Below, piece by piece: positions 23,286 through 35,726 of a stretch of DNA of 64,000 bases (within the stretch, counting starts at the first letter, position 1; the number at the start of each line of letters is the position of its first letter). The notes below the pieces were generated by a model that had not been told where the DNA came from, did no database searches, and saw only the letters and a list, made by a program, of their open reading frames with translations. A program made the position numbers and the translations under genes. Where the stretch lies: the IMG/VR virus record IMGVR_UViG_2645727545_000002, positions 72,329 to 136,328 of that record, one strand, 5' to 3'. The DNA comes from a virus (Duplodnaviria > Caudoviricetes).

Positions 23286-23513
23286 ATGAAAACAAGTACA
23301 TATGTAACACCAGGAAGCCATAATCTTCAGATTCCAAATCGGAGCGAATTACACAAGTATCTAATTGAAAACATTACAGTTGGTGATTTTAGTACAGGTG
23401 GTTGTGCAGATGGTGGAACAAAAATTAAGAAAATTGCACACGCAATCAATTGGTCAAAGGCTATGCATAATAAATACTATATTAAGAAATTTTCAGAAGA
23501 AAATAGAAAATAA
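23286..23513 (+). CDS. Hypothetical protein
   Basis: AGGAG RBS and 75-aa ORF. Confidence 0.55.
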   Translation: MKTSTYVTPGSHNLQIPNRSELHKYLIENITVGDFSTGGCADGGTKIKKIAHAINWSKAMHNKYYIKKFSEENRK

Positions 23514-23529
23514 GTTTGAAAGTGAGGTC

Positions 23530-24652
23530 ATTACTATTTTAACTTGTAAATTAGGAAACGAAATCATCAATTGTTATGATGGAACACATGATAAGGAGCA
23601 GCTAAAAAAGTGGGCAGAAAAGAAAATTCTACTTTGTACTGTTTGCAATAAACCATACGAATACTGTCATGGTAAAATCAAAACACCATATTTTAGACAT
23701 ATGGAAAAGATGTCGTGTGATTATCAATATAATGAACCTGAAACCGAAGAGCATTTAAAAGGAAAACGAGATCTATTTGAATGGATTAAAAAACAGCCAA
23801 AACGTTAAAAATGCAGTTTTGGAAGGTTGGATACCAGAAACAAAACAACGACCAGACATTATGTTTGAATATAAAAATAAGCAATATGTAATTGAATATC
23901 AATGTTCTCCTATTGCAACAGAATATACAGAAAGACACGAATTATATAAAGCTGTAGGTATACATGACATATGGATTTGTGGAACACAGAAATATCTACA
24001 ACAAAATATGAGAAAGAAATTTTTAGAAAATGTAGCATATGCTTTTTATTCATCTGAAAATCAGATTGTTTTCCCAATAGAACATAATCATTTATTTGGG
24101 AGAACTTGTTTGATAAAAAATGAATTGAGAGTAAATCATAATTATTTTTATGGTCTTTCGCTGGGCGAATTTTCATTTGATTATGAAATATTTAATAAAA
24201 AGTTTGGAAAACCTAATGAAGTTATTAAAAAAATGGAATATAGAAAAAATATAAGAAAAAATGCTTCATTTAAAAAAGAACAAGATTATTATTTATTTTT
24301 ACAAAACAAAAAACTAAACCGGGATTTAGATACTAAGTTATATCAATTATCTAATAACAACTGGAAGTTCTATATAATGACAAATTATAGTAAGTATAAA
24401 TCTTTTGAATATATACTTGCAGAACCAGTGGTGTCGTATAACATACATAAATATGATTTCCATACAAAATTCAGAAATAAGAAATACAAGAAAATTATGA
24501 TTAGTAAAATGGATTATAGTGAATACAAAAGATGTTGTCGTGATATTGAATATTTGAAGCGAATATTATATGAAATGATGATAGAAAACAAAAGACAGTT
24601 AATGAAATATACAAGTGAAAATATTAGATTTTTGGAGGTATTGGATAATTGA
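23530..24652 (+). CDS. CoiA-like nuclease (frameshift near 23795)
   Basis: CTVC...PYFRH, ETEEHLKGK, RPDI...IEYQCS. Confidence 0.8.
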
Positions 24653-27600
24653 GTAAACATTTAACATCACAAAGATACGTTTTTAAAATACATTCTTCTC
24701 GTCTTAGAAGAGCAAAATGGGATTTGCAGCTATCAATAAAACAAGCACGAGAAAACAAGGAATTAATCGCATTAAGCGAAAGTCAAATGATGAGATTTAT
24801 AGATGAATTGAATGGAATAACAAATCCTGAATTACATATTTCAGATATAAAATCTAAAATTAAAAATTTGAAATATGAAAAGAATTTATCTGTATCAAGA
24901 CCAAAAATTAAAAAACTGTATGAAGAATTAGATACTTATCAATTTAAAAAAGATTATGTATGTGTTGTTATAGATAATAATAAAGACTATTACAAAATGT
25001 ACAAACACGGTTTTAAAAATAAATAAAATTACATACAGACGATTACTTGGAACTACTGGTGGAGTTAAAAATAATACAATTGTTTTTGTAAACGAAAAAT
25101 TATTACCAGAATTAAAAAGAAGAATTGACAATGGAAGAGATAAAACTAAAGAGTTTCTCCGGCAAAATTAGAAGCATATAACGCATTAGTCTGCAGTTCT
25201 TCTACTCCTGTTTCATATCCAAATGGTGTTGTTGTTGTACATGACTGCATTACACACTTCAAATCTGACATTATCGAGTTAGACGATACAAATCTTGAAG
25301 AACCAAGCATGAAATATATTAAAAATAAAGAAATGGAATTAAATGACAGTGATGGGTATGGATTAGCAATGCCGCAGCTCATGAAAAGATGGGGAGAAGA
25401 AATTGGAGAAGATTTTTTGTTGCCTGGATGCGTGATAAGAAATTCATTTTGTAAAGGGGCAGTTTTTCCTATCGATTTTCAAAAATTCGCCAGTGATAAT
25501 AATATAGATTCGATAACTGATGTTTGGGGGGATACTCATAATATAAATGATATAGAGCTAATACTGACAGAATCAATGTTAAAATTGTGGGACTCGTATT
25601 CATCCATTGAAGATTATTTAGAAAACTGCGAAAAAAATCATTATAGCTTTTCTATTACAAAGAATTCCGAAAAAGAATTAGAAAATATTAGAACAATGAA
25701 CTATCAGTTTCTCCAAAGTTATGATTTTAATGAGGAAGAAATCGATGAGCTTATTGAACCCACTGTTTCAGAAATATGTGATATTTTGTCAGATGATTAT
25801 AGGAAAACTATTTTATATACAAAAGGTATTGGATTAAATAGTGATACCGTTCAGAATTTAGACAATTCGTTTTCAACAGCATTGATGATTGAGCCGGAAA
25901 TGAAAAATGATCCATTTATCAAATCACAAATTTATTCTATGATTAGAAAACGAATTGATGATGCAAAAGTTGGCGTTTTAAATGTCCCGGCTAATTACTC
26001 TTTGGTTTCCGGAGACCCTTACTCATTATGTCAATCTATGTTTGGATTGAAGGTCACAGGATTGTTAAAGTCCGGAGAAATTTATTCGAAATACTGGATT
26101 GATAAAGGGGTAGACCAGATTGTAAGTTTTAGAGCGCCAATGACCTCTCATAATAATATTAGAAAACTAAATGTGGTTCATAACGAAAAGATGGACGAGT
26201 TCTATAAATATATGACAACGCCAACAATATTCAATAGTTGGGATACATGTGCAGATGCTATGAACGGCTTCGATAAGGATGGCGACTGTGTAATCAATAC
26301 TTCTCTCCCGCTGCTTGTTAAAAAAACACAAGAATTACCAGCGGTGGTATGTGTGCAGCGGAAAGCACCAAAATGTATTCCCACAGAAGACGATATCATG
26401 AAGTCTAACATCAATAGTTTTGGAAATGCAGTTGGTGCCGTTACAAATAAAATTACATCCATGTTTGAAGTTCAAGCAAATTTCCCAAAAGATAGTCGTG
26501 AATATAGAATTCTAGATTATCGTATTAAATGTGGACAATTATACCAGCAGAACTCGATCGATTAACTTTAGTCGCTTTACACAGCGATGTGTATCGAATA
26601 ACAAGGTGAACTTATAAATATAAGGTGTACATTACACGTATAGGAATTACAGGAAATGGTAATTAGGTAATGTGCTAACTGGAGAAGTCTAAGTATATAA
26701 CAATAAAATATGCGTAAAAAATTTAAAAGAAAGAATGTGATTATATAAGTTTATATAACAATTATGGAATTTATGGAATAAGAAATAAAATCAATAACAA
26801 GATTTATGTTGGAAAAACAGAAATGAATTTTGGCGACAGAAAAGATTGTCATTTTGCAAGTCTTCGTGGTGGATATCATATAAATCCGCATTTGCAAAAA
26901 TCATTCAATAAATACGGAGAAGATAATTTTGAATTTATTGTATTGTATCAATGTAATAACAATGAAGATAGTAATATGGTCAATGAATTAGAGAAAAAAT
27001 ATATCAAGTTATATAAGGACAAAGAACTTGCTTATAATATTGGAGATGGTGGTGACGGTGGACATAATTTAGGAAAGCATTTGTCAGAAGAAACCAAAAG
27101 AAAAATTGGAGACAAAAATAGAATCAACATGACTGGTCGTAAAGCCACTATTGAAACTAAGAAAAAAATGTCAGAAGCTCAAAAAAACGTTTTGATAGAA
27201 TGTCTGATGAAGAACTCAAGGAATATGGGAAACGAATTTCTCAATATGCTTCAGGATATAAATGGTCAGAAGAGTCAAAAGAAAAATTTTCAAAAATTCA
27301 GCAATCTAAACCTAACGGCGCAAAATATGATGTGGAAACAGTAAAAAAGATAAGACATTTGCACGAAGACAAGAATTTGACTTATACAGAAATCGCAAAA
27401 TTATTAAATATGCACAGACATACTGTGTATTTAATCGCTACATATAGAAGATGGAAATACGCATAACCCATCACACTGTTATATATATGATGATCCAGTG
27501 CCAAGCTAAAGCAGCAATGCTTTAGAAGGTCAAACGAGCAAGACATACAATCTCTACGAGATTATGAAGTCTGTATGATTAAGGTGGAACTCCTTGATCA

Positions 27601-28542
27601 GAAGTGCCTTGCCCTCATTTTAAATGAGGTGATGATGTGCTCTACTCCCTAATAAATATCGGGAAACCGAGGGTATTAAGGAAAACTAAAGGGATTGAGT
27701 CAAAACCTATGCCGAGCGAGTGGTATAATTGGATTGCAAATAAAATTTCAAACGGAAAGAGTTCTTCTGAGAAGAAGAAATACTGGATGAATAGAAAACT
27801 TGTTGCGGATAAAAAACCGTATTTTATGCAATACATTTATCCTGCAGAAAAAACAAAGATGTTAGAGTATATTAAGCGTAATAATGAAAAATGTATTATG
27901 AAGTTTAGAATCACACTTGATGAGCTTTTAGAAAAAGAAACTTTGACACTTGATGAGGAGAAGTTTATACAATGTTATTACAAAAGAATGCCTTTAGGAA
28001 TGTCTCCTTGTACTATTAACAAAATATGTTGGGCTATTGAAAACAAATTTTCTGATTTAAAATACGTCAATGATTCTGATTTTGACTACTCTATTATGAA
28101 ATGCAATGTTGTCTATTCTAAGCAGTTGTTTAATAAAATTAAAAAGATTTATGAAAGTTATAAAAAAGAACTTTCAAACTATATGCAGTTTGCAAAATCT
28201 GAAAGAATAAAATCAGACGAAAGACAGATTCAAAAATATACATTAAAAGAAGATTTTAAACGGCGGTGCTTAGAACAGTGCCCCAATGAAGAATATTTAT
28301 GCGATATTGTTTTAGATCTATGTTATTCAAAAAGTAAATCTAGCAAGCAATTTGCATGGGATATATGTGGAGATATGATTATCTCAAATCTTCTTAAAAG
28401 GAATAATTACAAGGTTACTTATCCAACGCAAGACATAAATGGCGATATTGATTTTGCAGGGAAAAAGTTTTCACTAGAAACAACAGAAATTAAATTTGAT
28501 ATGGGTATTAAAGACGAGGAGGACGATGAATGGTTGTACTAA
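24649..28542 (+). CDS. yonO: YonO-like single-subunit (RdRP-related) DNA-dependent RNA polymerase; exons 24649-26562 and 27682-28542
   Basis: SDGYG, FRAP and catalytic GFDKDGD motifs; splicing restores NSID|KTKGI; two small frameshifts near 25015 and 25150. Confidence 0.85.
26563..27681 (+). ncRNA. Group I intron in the RNA polymerase gene
   Basis: P1 CGAU/GUCG with U.G at the 5' splice site; P7 GAGCA/UGCUC; terminal G at 27681; P10 CUUUAGU/ACUAAAG. Confidence 0.9.
26740..27466 (+). CDS. Intron-encoded GIY-YIG homing endonuclease with NUMOD3 and HTH (start approximate; frameshift ~27185)
   Basis: GIYGIRNKINNKIYVGKT; LGKHLSEETKRKIG. Confidence 0.85.
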
Positions 28543-29290
28543 ATGAGACAAAAGAAGCAGAAAGACTTATTTCTGAAGGGGAGGTTGGCAACAAGCCAAC
28601 TTCTACCCTATTTCTATTATCTAGGTATTATAGACAAAAAGTAAATTTAAATAAACAAGACACTATTTGTAAATTAAATGATTTTATGGGCAAACATTAT
28701 AAAAATTATAATGCTGCTTTATGGGAAGATGTTATTGAAAATACTGTAAATAAAGCACACAAATATCCATTGAGAGAAATAGAATGTATTGAAATATTTC
28801 AATCTGAATTAGACACAATTTCAAGAGTTAACACTACGAAATATAGAAAGCTTTTATTTGTAATGTTATGTTTCGCGAATTATACAACACATTATCTGAA
28901 ACAAATAATGGATGGATTAATACGGATATAAAAGAAATATATAAAATTTCTAGAGTACATGTAAAACATAGGAATGATAAATTTTTATATTTGAACGATT
29001 TGGAACAATTGGGACTAATCTCTTTTTCAAATAAAAATGACAACCTGAATCTAAAAGTAAATTTTGTTAATAAAACTGGTGAAACTGCTTTAAAAATAAC
29101 CGATTTTCGTGAATTAGGATATGAGTATTTAAATTTTGTTGGGGAAGGAAAATTTGAAAGGTGTAAACGATGCGGGAAATTATTCAAAAAGAATAGCAAC
29201 AATATGAACTATTGTAATGACTGTCAAAAAGAAATTACAAAAGAAAAAACAAGAATTAGAGTGAAAAAGTATAGAGAAAACAACATGTAA
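28530..29290 (+). CDS. Hypothetical protein with C-terminal zinc finger, coupled to the RNA polymerase gene (frameshift ~28875)
   Basis: Overlaps the polymerase stop; CKRCGK...YCNDC. Confidence 0.65.
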
Positions 29291-29369
29291 CGATTCAGAA
29301 AACCCTTGAAACCCTTGTAAACACTGGGTTTCTGGGCATCATGCCCGTTTTTCTTTATATGTAGATAAT

Positions 29370-29976
29370 ATAAGCACTTGCTTATAAATACAAATAACTC
29401 AGTGCAGATTGGCTTGTCACCATGCTGAGAATATATGAATAGTGAGTTACGGTATAATGCGATAGTTTTATACTGCAGCTTCTGGAATGATGTGAATCAT
29501 AAACAGAAAGACGGAAACTGTCAAAACTAAATATATGTACAATAATATATTGCCGTAAAACGCAATTGCCAGATCGCTGACATAATAGACGACTCCAGTG
29601 GAGTAATAATCGTGATGCCTGTATCGGTGGAATGTTACAGAGAGATAAGTAGCGAAAATCCAAATAAGTCAGTTGCGTCGTTGATCGGAAGAAATTCCAG
29701 TATAAGATCTGTCGAATGTACGAGTAGCCCAAAGTGACGTGAGATTAATACATAAAGAACAAAAAAATTAAATCTTATTATGAATTTTCTTAATACGCTG
29801 AATGACATGGGTGAAAGTTTCTCGTAATCAGTCGAGGCTACAATTGCTGTTTATCAGATGTAAAGGAAGTCTAAGGGTAGCTCCTTATTCTCAGCCTTTA
29901 CAAGTAGTGGCGGAATATTATGACGATATATTTGAGTAGGAAGAAGTTCCATTTGTATTTATAATCAAGTGCTTAT
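29370..29976 (+). ncRNA. ROOL-like large non-coding RNA (~607 nt)
   Basis: 25/26-bp closing helix 29370-29395 with 29951-29976; internal hairpins; adjacent to tRNAs; size and context match ROOL. Confidence 0.7.
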
Positions 29977-30065
29977 GCGCGCACTTGACGATTTCTAATC
30001 TCCTTTTCAGTTAGTAATAGCATTGCTGTTCTGGTAGTGCTGTTGCTAACATCTTAGGAGTATTT

Positions 30066-30139
30066 TAGCCCCATCGCCAAGCGGTAAGGCACAGGACTTT
30101 GACTCCTGCATTCAGTAGTTCGAATCTACTTGGGGCTGC
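30066..30139 (+). tRNA. tRNA-Gln(TTG)
   Basis: Cloverleaf, CAGGA-CTTTGAC-TCCTG anticodon arm, GTTCGAAT. Confidence 0.9.
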
Positions 30140-30322
30140 TATCATCCGAAGTGTTGCGCTGACCGTCAATCAGTGGCGCATAAAAACCTATCCCAGTATA
30201 AATCCAGGTGACACTGGCTTATATGAAGATACGCTCTAGGTTTACTACGTTTTATATAACTATTCACATAACAATTATTTTGTCGTCCTTGTGGATGGGT
30301 GTTTTGGACGAGCAAACAATAA

Positions 30323-30413
30323 GCTGCATTAATCCTCTGTGGTAAGGGGTCGATCTTGAAAAATCGATAGTAGCCGCTTATGCGGTGTCTAAGTTCAAAT
30401 CTTAGGTGCAGCG
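30323..30413 (+). tRNA. tRNA-Ser(TGA)
   Basis: GCTGCA/TGCAGC acceptor, long variable arm, GTTCAAAT; anticodon loop has one extra A. Confidence 0.75.
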
Positions 30414-30418
30414 TTATA

Positions 30419-30493
30419 TGCAGGCGAGTGGAACGGATTACTACGTCAGACCCATAATCTGAAAATACTGGGTTCGACTCCCAGGCTCTGCAA
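30419..30493 (+). tRNA. tRNA-Met/Ile2(CAT), atypical
   Basis: TCAGA-CCCATAA-TCTGA arm, GGTTCGACTCC; bulged acceptor stem. Confidence 0.7.
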
Positions 30494-30784
30494 TACTCTC
30501 CCACTGTGGAGAAATATACAACGAAAGGAATGTTTTATCATAGTTCTTATTACAGACAAAGAATGTAAATTTTGTTAAGCAAAGGATGGAAATGGAGAGA
30601 TCATATTCATCGCACTGTATCCGGAGCAAACAAAAATATGCAACAGAAAATTATCGATTGATGCAAGATTTAGAAAATTTTAGATCACAGTCGATTAAAG
30701 AAACAACACATACAAAGAAACATACAAACAGAAAACGTAAAAATAACTAGAATTAAAACTAGAAGGAAAGGTGGTTTTTTACAA

Positions 30785-32217
30785 TCGCCAAGAAGAAAAA
30801 AGATTTTATTAAAATTTCTTTTATAGACTCCCCATCATCAGAAGATGTAACAGGAAGTCTCATTTACATTTCTACACCAAATCATAAATTCCTCGTTGAT
30901 GCCGGGCTTTATCAAACAAATGATAGATATGAGGATTTCTTGGTAAACAATCGCAAATATAAAGAATTCAAACCAAAAGAATTGGATTATGTATTTATCA
31001 CTCATAATCATGGAGATCATTGTTTGTTGCTTCCTAAATTGTTTAAAGATGGATGCAAAGCAAATGTAATTATTGCAGATGGCTCTGCAGAAGTTTTAAA
31101 AGATATGGCTGAAGATTGTGCAGAAATAAACGAACGCGATGTAATAATTATCAATAATCAGCACGATAAGCATTATGAATCTTTATATGATCTAACGATG
31201 TTCATAATATGATAAACCATACTGTAGAATTCCCAATGGAAGAAAAATTAAAATTGATGATGAATTATCATTTGAATTAATTCCAAGTGGTCATTTACTT
31301 GGAAGCTGTCAAGTGATGTTATATCTTACAGTTAACAATGTAACTAAAACAGTTTTAATAACTGGAGATATAGGAAATAAAATTGTTGGAAATCGATTTG
31401 TTGGAGAATACAAGCAAGTCAAAAATGCTGATTATGTTATTGCAGAATCTACTTATGGAGATAAACCAGATATTAAAACTGGTCGAAAAGAAAAGAAAAA
31501 ACGATTTAGAAAAGTTTAAATCAATTATTGATACACAGATTCATGATTTAAAAGGTCGTGTGATTATACCAAGTTTTGCACAGTCTCGCAGTGCTCAACT
31601 TGTGCTTATGGTTTATCAATTATATAAAGATAGTGATTGGAAACCGAAAGTGTACATCGATTCACCATTAGCAATTAAATTGTTTAAGGATTATGAAAAC
31701 TGTCTGGATGGAAAAGATAAAGAAGACTTCGATGAAATGCTGCATAGTGGAATGTTTCATTTTGTAAAAGAACCTGTGGATAGCAAAACACTTGTAGCAA
31801 GCAATGAACCATGTCTGATAATCTCAACGAGTGGTATGTGTCAAGTCGGTCGCATTCGCCACCATTTAAAAAAATGTGTAATTGATCCAAATGCAACTGT
31901 TCTGTTTGTAGGATTTAGTACAGATGGAAGTTTAGCTTCTTTACTTAAAGATAATAAACGAAAAACAATTACAATTGATCAAAAAGAATATCCTTGTAGA
32001 TGTGCATCGTATTCATTGAAATCTATGAGCGGACATGCTCCGTTCAATCAACTTGTTGAGAATTATACAGAAATAAATAGTCAGAAAATAATTCTACATC
32101 ACGGTTCAAAAAAGGCAAAAGAAATTTTAAAACAAAACTTTAGAAAAAGAATATGAAAAGAAATGTAAATCAACTCGTGTTGTAATTGCAAATTCGAGTC
32201 TAAAAATTACGATATAA
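30785..32217 (+). CDS. Metallo-beta-lactamase / beta-CASP ribonuclease (several frameshifts; start approximate)
   Basis: HNHGDH, SGHLLGS, TGD, ESTYG, PSFA and SGH motifs. Confidence 0.85.
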
Positions 32218-32234
32218 GTATAAATCAGGAAAAT

Positions 32235-32419
32235 ATGAACGATAATAGAAGATTTGATAAAGAATACTCAACTCAATATACTCCAGAAATGAAGTATCTT
32301 CTATCAAAGGGGATTAAGTATTCTTTTGTAAAAGACGTTTATGGAGTAACAACATATAAGTATAAAAAGACATCAGAGTTATTTAAAGCACTGATGTCTT
32401 TTATATGGAGAATAAGTAG
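32235..32419 (+). CDS. Small DUF5659-like protein
   Basis: YLLSKGIKYSFVK...TYKYKKTSEL; similar to 55439-55630. Confidence 0.6.
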
Positions 32420-32452
32420 ACATGCGAAAGGATAGACAATAGGTGATAATAA

Positions 32453-33573
32453 ATGATATATAAAGAAATTGTAAATGTAAAGATATGTCATCAGAATTAT
32501 AAACATTATGAAAACAAGGGGTATTTTGTAAATAGGATATACGACATTAAAAATAGACCAAGTGTTCCAGAACAATATATAGATGTGAATTGGGAAGATA
32601 TCCCACATAGTAGTAAAGAAAAGATATTATTAAAATGTGATATTTGTGGAAAGATATTTGAAAGAAAAATTTTAGATTATTATCATTCGCATAAAAGCAA
32701 TGATATAGATACTTGTTGTAAAAAATGCCAATATATAAAATCTAATAAAACAAAAATAGAAAAATATGGGACTACTAATCCGGCTGAAATTGCAAAACAA
32801 ATAAATGGAACATAGGTCGTTCATTAAAATATGGAAGACAAGATATTGAAGACATGTGTAAAAATAAGGATTATAAAATATTTAAAAAAAATAATGATGT
32901 GCGATATACCGTAAAATCAAAAATTAAATTATTTTGCACAATACATAACTGCGAGTTCGAAACTTCTGTCGAATGTTTAATGAATAAAAATAGAACGAAT
33001 TGCCCTATGTGCAATGGTGAAAAAATTTCTAAAAGACAGTCTAAATCTACGATTGAAGAAGTAAAGAAAATATGTGACGAAAAAGGTTATACTCTATTAA
33101 CTGATCATATTAGTAATTGCGATGATAGAATAGAATATATTTGTAACAAACATAAAGATTATGGAGCTCAAAAAACTTCTTTATATGGATTAAGGAAGTA
33201 CTCCAATAATTGCAGAATGTGTAGAATTCCTAAAAATGAAAACCATTGGCATTGGAATGGAGGAATTTCTTCTGATCGAGACAGAATAAAAAATACTCCT
33301 CAGTATAAAAAATGGATTAAAGATGTGTTTGAAAGAGATGATTATACTTGTCAATGCTGTGGAAAAAAGGGGACTTATCTTGAAGCGCACCATTTGTATA
33401 ATTTTTCAGAGTATCCAGAATTAAGAATGGACGTAGACAATGGCATAACATTATGTCATGAATGTCATTCGATATCTGTCCCAACAAGCTTTCATGGTGT
33501 ATATACACAATTTCATAATACTCCAGAACAACTATTTGAATACATAGAAAATTATAAAAATGAAAAAATGTAG
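32453..33573 (+). CDS. Free-standing HNH endonuclease with zinc-finger repeats (frameshift ~32812)
   Basis: RDDYTCQCCG...LEAHH...NGITLCHECH. Confidence 0.9.
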
Positions 33574-33650
33574 TTAAAATAAATAGAAAATAAAATTGTA
33601 ATTTTTAGGAAGATGAATATTATAGATTAGACTTATTGCAGGTAACGCAT

Positions 33651-33911
33651 ATGAAAAAAAATAAAACATTATTATCATATATATTAGGTGCATGTACAAT
33701 CGTAATATTTCTTCCAATTGTAGAAGAAATAGTTAATGTAATTCTGTCTTGGATTGAATATCTGAAAATTCTTCCGGGAAAACTTGTTATAAAAGGCAAT
33801 GCAGAATTACAAGAGTTGCAGTCGGATTTTGAGGTTGAATCGACAGATACATGCGCTATCGGGTTTCATTATGAACCAGAAACTGAAGAATATTATGACG
33901 AGGAAGAGTAG
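33651..33911 (+). CDS. Small membrane protein
   Basis: N-terminal hydrophobic helix, acidic tail. Confidence 0.6.
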   Translation: MKKNKTLLSYILGACTIVIFLPIVEEIVNVILSWIEYLKILPGKLVIKGNAELQELQSDFEVESTDTCAIGFHYEPETEEYYDEEE

Positions 33912-34029
33912 TCTAATACTGCTCTTCTATTTTTATTGAAACAGAACCCAACACACCTCTCAACGATGCGAACCACGTTGAGTAGTTCACATTTAATCGA
34001 AAATATAGATAATGAAAGGATTAATTGAT

Positions 34030-34245
34030 ATGGCAAATTTTGTATTTAAAGTAACAACAACAAAAAAATTGAAAGCTACAGGAATGCTTGACTTAGAAAA
34101 TATGACAATTGAAATTAACGGCGAGGATAAGAAACTTTCTACACTTCTTAGTGAGTATGATGGATGTGAAGTTAATCTTACTGTTGATGTTAAATCTGAA
34201 GAAGATTTAGATATGCCGGAAGAAGATTCCGAAGACGATATGTAA
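34030..34245 (+). CDS. YonK-like protein
   Basis: KATGMLDLENMTIE...LLSEYDGCEVNLTV; position upstream of the YonJ-like gene. Confidence 0.6.
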   Translation: MANFVFKVTTTKKLKATGMLDLENMTIEINGEDKKLSTLLSEYDGCEVNLTVDVKSEEDLDMPEEDSEDDM

Positions 34246-34259
34246 GGTGGTGTGTCAAA

Positions 34260-35493
34260 CTGTATAATTTTGAAAAAGAATTAGAAAAATACGGATTAAC
34301 AACTGAATCTTATGAAGCTGCATGTAGAGATATTGAAAATAAAATTGAACAGCACAAATGATATGGACTGGGGTGAAATCAAAGATAAATATAATATTCA
34401 ATGTGCGGTTGATACAATCAGAAAGTCATCTTCTACTATTTTCGGTGGACAATTCAGAGAAGAATATTTAAAGAGTAAAATCTATACTGATGTAGATGAA
34501 TTTTCTAAATTAAGAGAATTAGATAAGAAATTAGAAGAATTACGCAAAGAGCGGATAAAAATTCAAACAGCTAATATTGAAAGAAATAGACTTGACAGAA
34601 GTGAGTCGCGTCAGGAATTGTATTACGAATATATTGGAAGTGTTATTGATACTCTTCCATTACCGGAATTTAGACCGATTTTATACGATGAAATACATAC
34701 TATAAATTATTTGGTCGGGATTGCAGATGTGCATTATGGAGCTTGTTTTAAAAGTGTAAATAATGAATATTCTCCGGCAATCGCTAAGAAAAGATTTGAA
34801 TATTTGACTCATAGATTGATTGATTTTATTCAAGATAAAAAGATTGGAAAGCTAACAATTGTATCGCTGGGAGATCTTTTACAAGGCGTTTTACGTTTGA
34901 GTGATTTAAAAATTAATGATACGTCTATCATGAAAGCAACGGTTGAAGTGTGTAGATTAATTGCAATTATGTTGAATGAACTTTCGGCATATGTGGAAAT
35001 CACTTACTACCACACACCATCGGCAAATCATACTCAAATTAGAGTTCTTAACGCTAAACCAAGTGAATTAGCAGATGAAGATTTAGAATATTTGATGGGT
35101 AATTATATTCATGATTTATGTGCAAACAATAAAAGAATTCATGTACATCTTGCGAAAAATGGCGAAGATTTTGTTGATATATATATGCCAGGAAATGACA
35201 TTCTTGCAATGCATGGTCATCAAATTAAGAATGTGGAAACCGCCATTAAAGACAAAAGTGTTCTACACCAAAAATTTTATGACACACTCATTGTTGGACA
35301 TTTACATAATGGAAAAGTAATCCCATCACATGAGGGAATCTTTGGAGATGCAGAAATATTAATTAGTCCTTCATTTGTTGGAAGTGACCCGTACAGTGAT
35401 TCTTTAAACAAAGGGAGCAAAGCTAGTGTGCAGATATGGGGATTTGATAAAGTATATGGTCATACTGAGACATATAAGATTATTTTGAATTAG
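34260..35493 (+). CDS. Calcineurin-like metallophosphoesterase (YonJ-like; start approximate)
   Basis: ADVHYG, LGD, ANH, HGH and GHLH motifs. Confidence 0.85.
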
Positions 35494-35504
35494 AGGTTAA
35501 ATAC

Positions 35505-35677
35505 ATGAAAGTTGAATTATATTGTTGCTACTCTCTTCCACTTAGAGATTATCTATATAAAATGGGATGAGATATAAATTAGCGGCATTAAATCCAAATA
35601 GCAAAAAATTATTTTGGGTTTATATAAAAAATAAAAAATTAAATGAGTTATTGGATAAGTGGTCTGCGAATAAGTAG
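35505..35677 (+). CDS. Small DUF5659-like protein (one frameshift)
   Basis: CYSLPLRDYL...LNPNSKKLFWVY. Confidence 0.55.
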
Positions 35678-35726
35678 ACCACTTTTTAAATGGAGAATAA
35701 TTTATGTAGAAATATTGGAGGTGCTT

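Noticed and set aside
30140-30322. HDV-like (theta) ribozymes or extra tRNAs next to the tRNA genes
   Set aside because: Hairpins are present, but I could not find the nested double-pseudoknot core or a cloverleaf
29382-30629. Minus-strand ORFs 29382-29732, 30166-30504 and 30441-30629
   Set aside because: Shadows of the ROOL-like RNA and tRNAs
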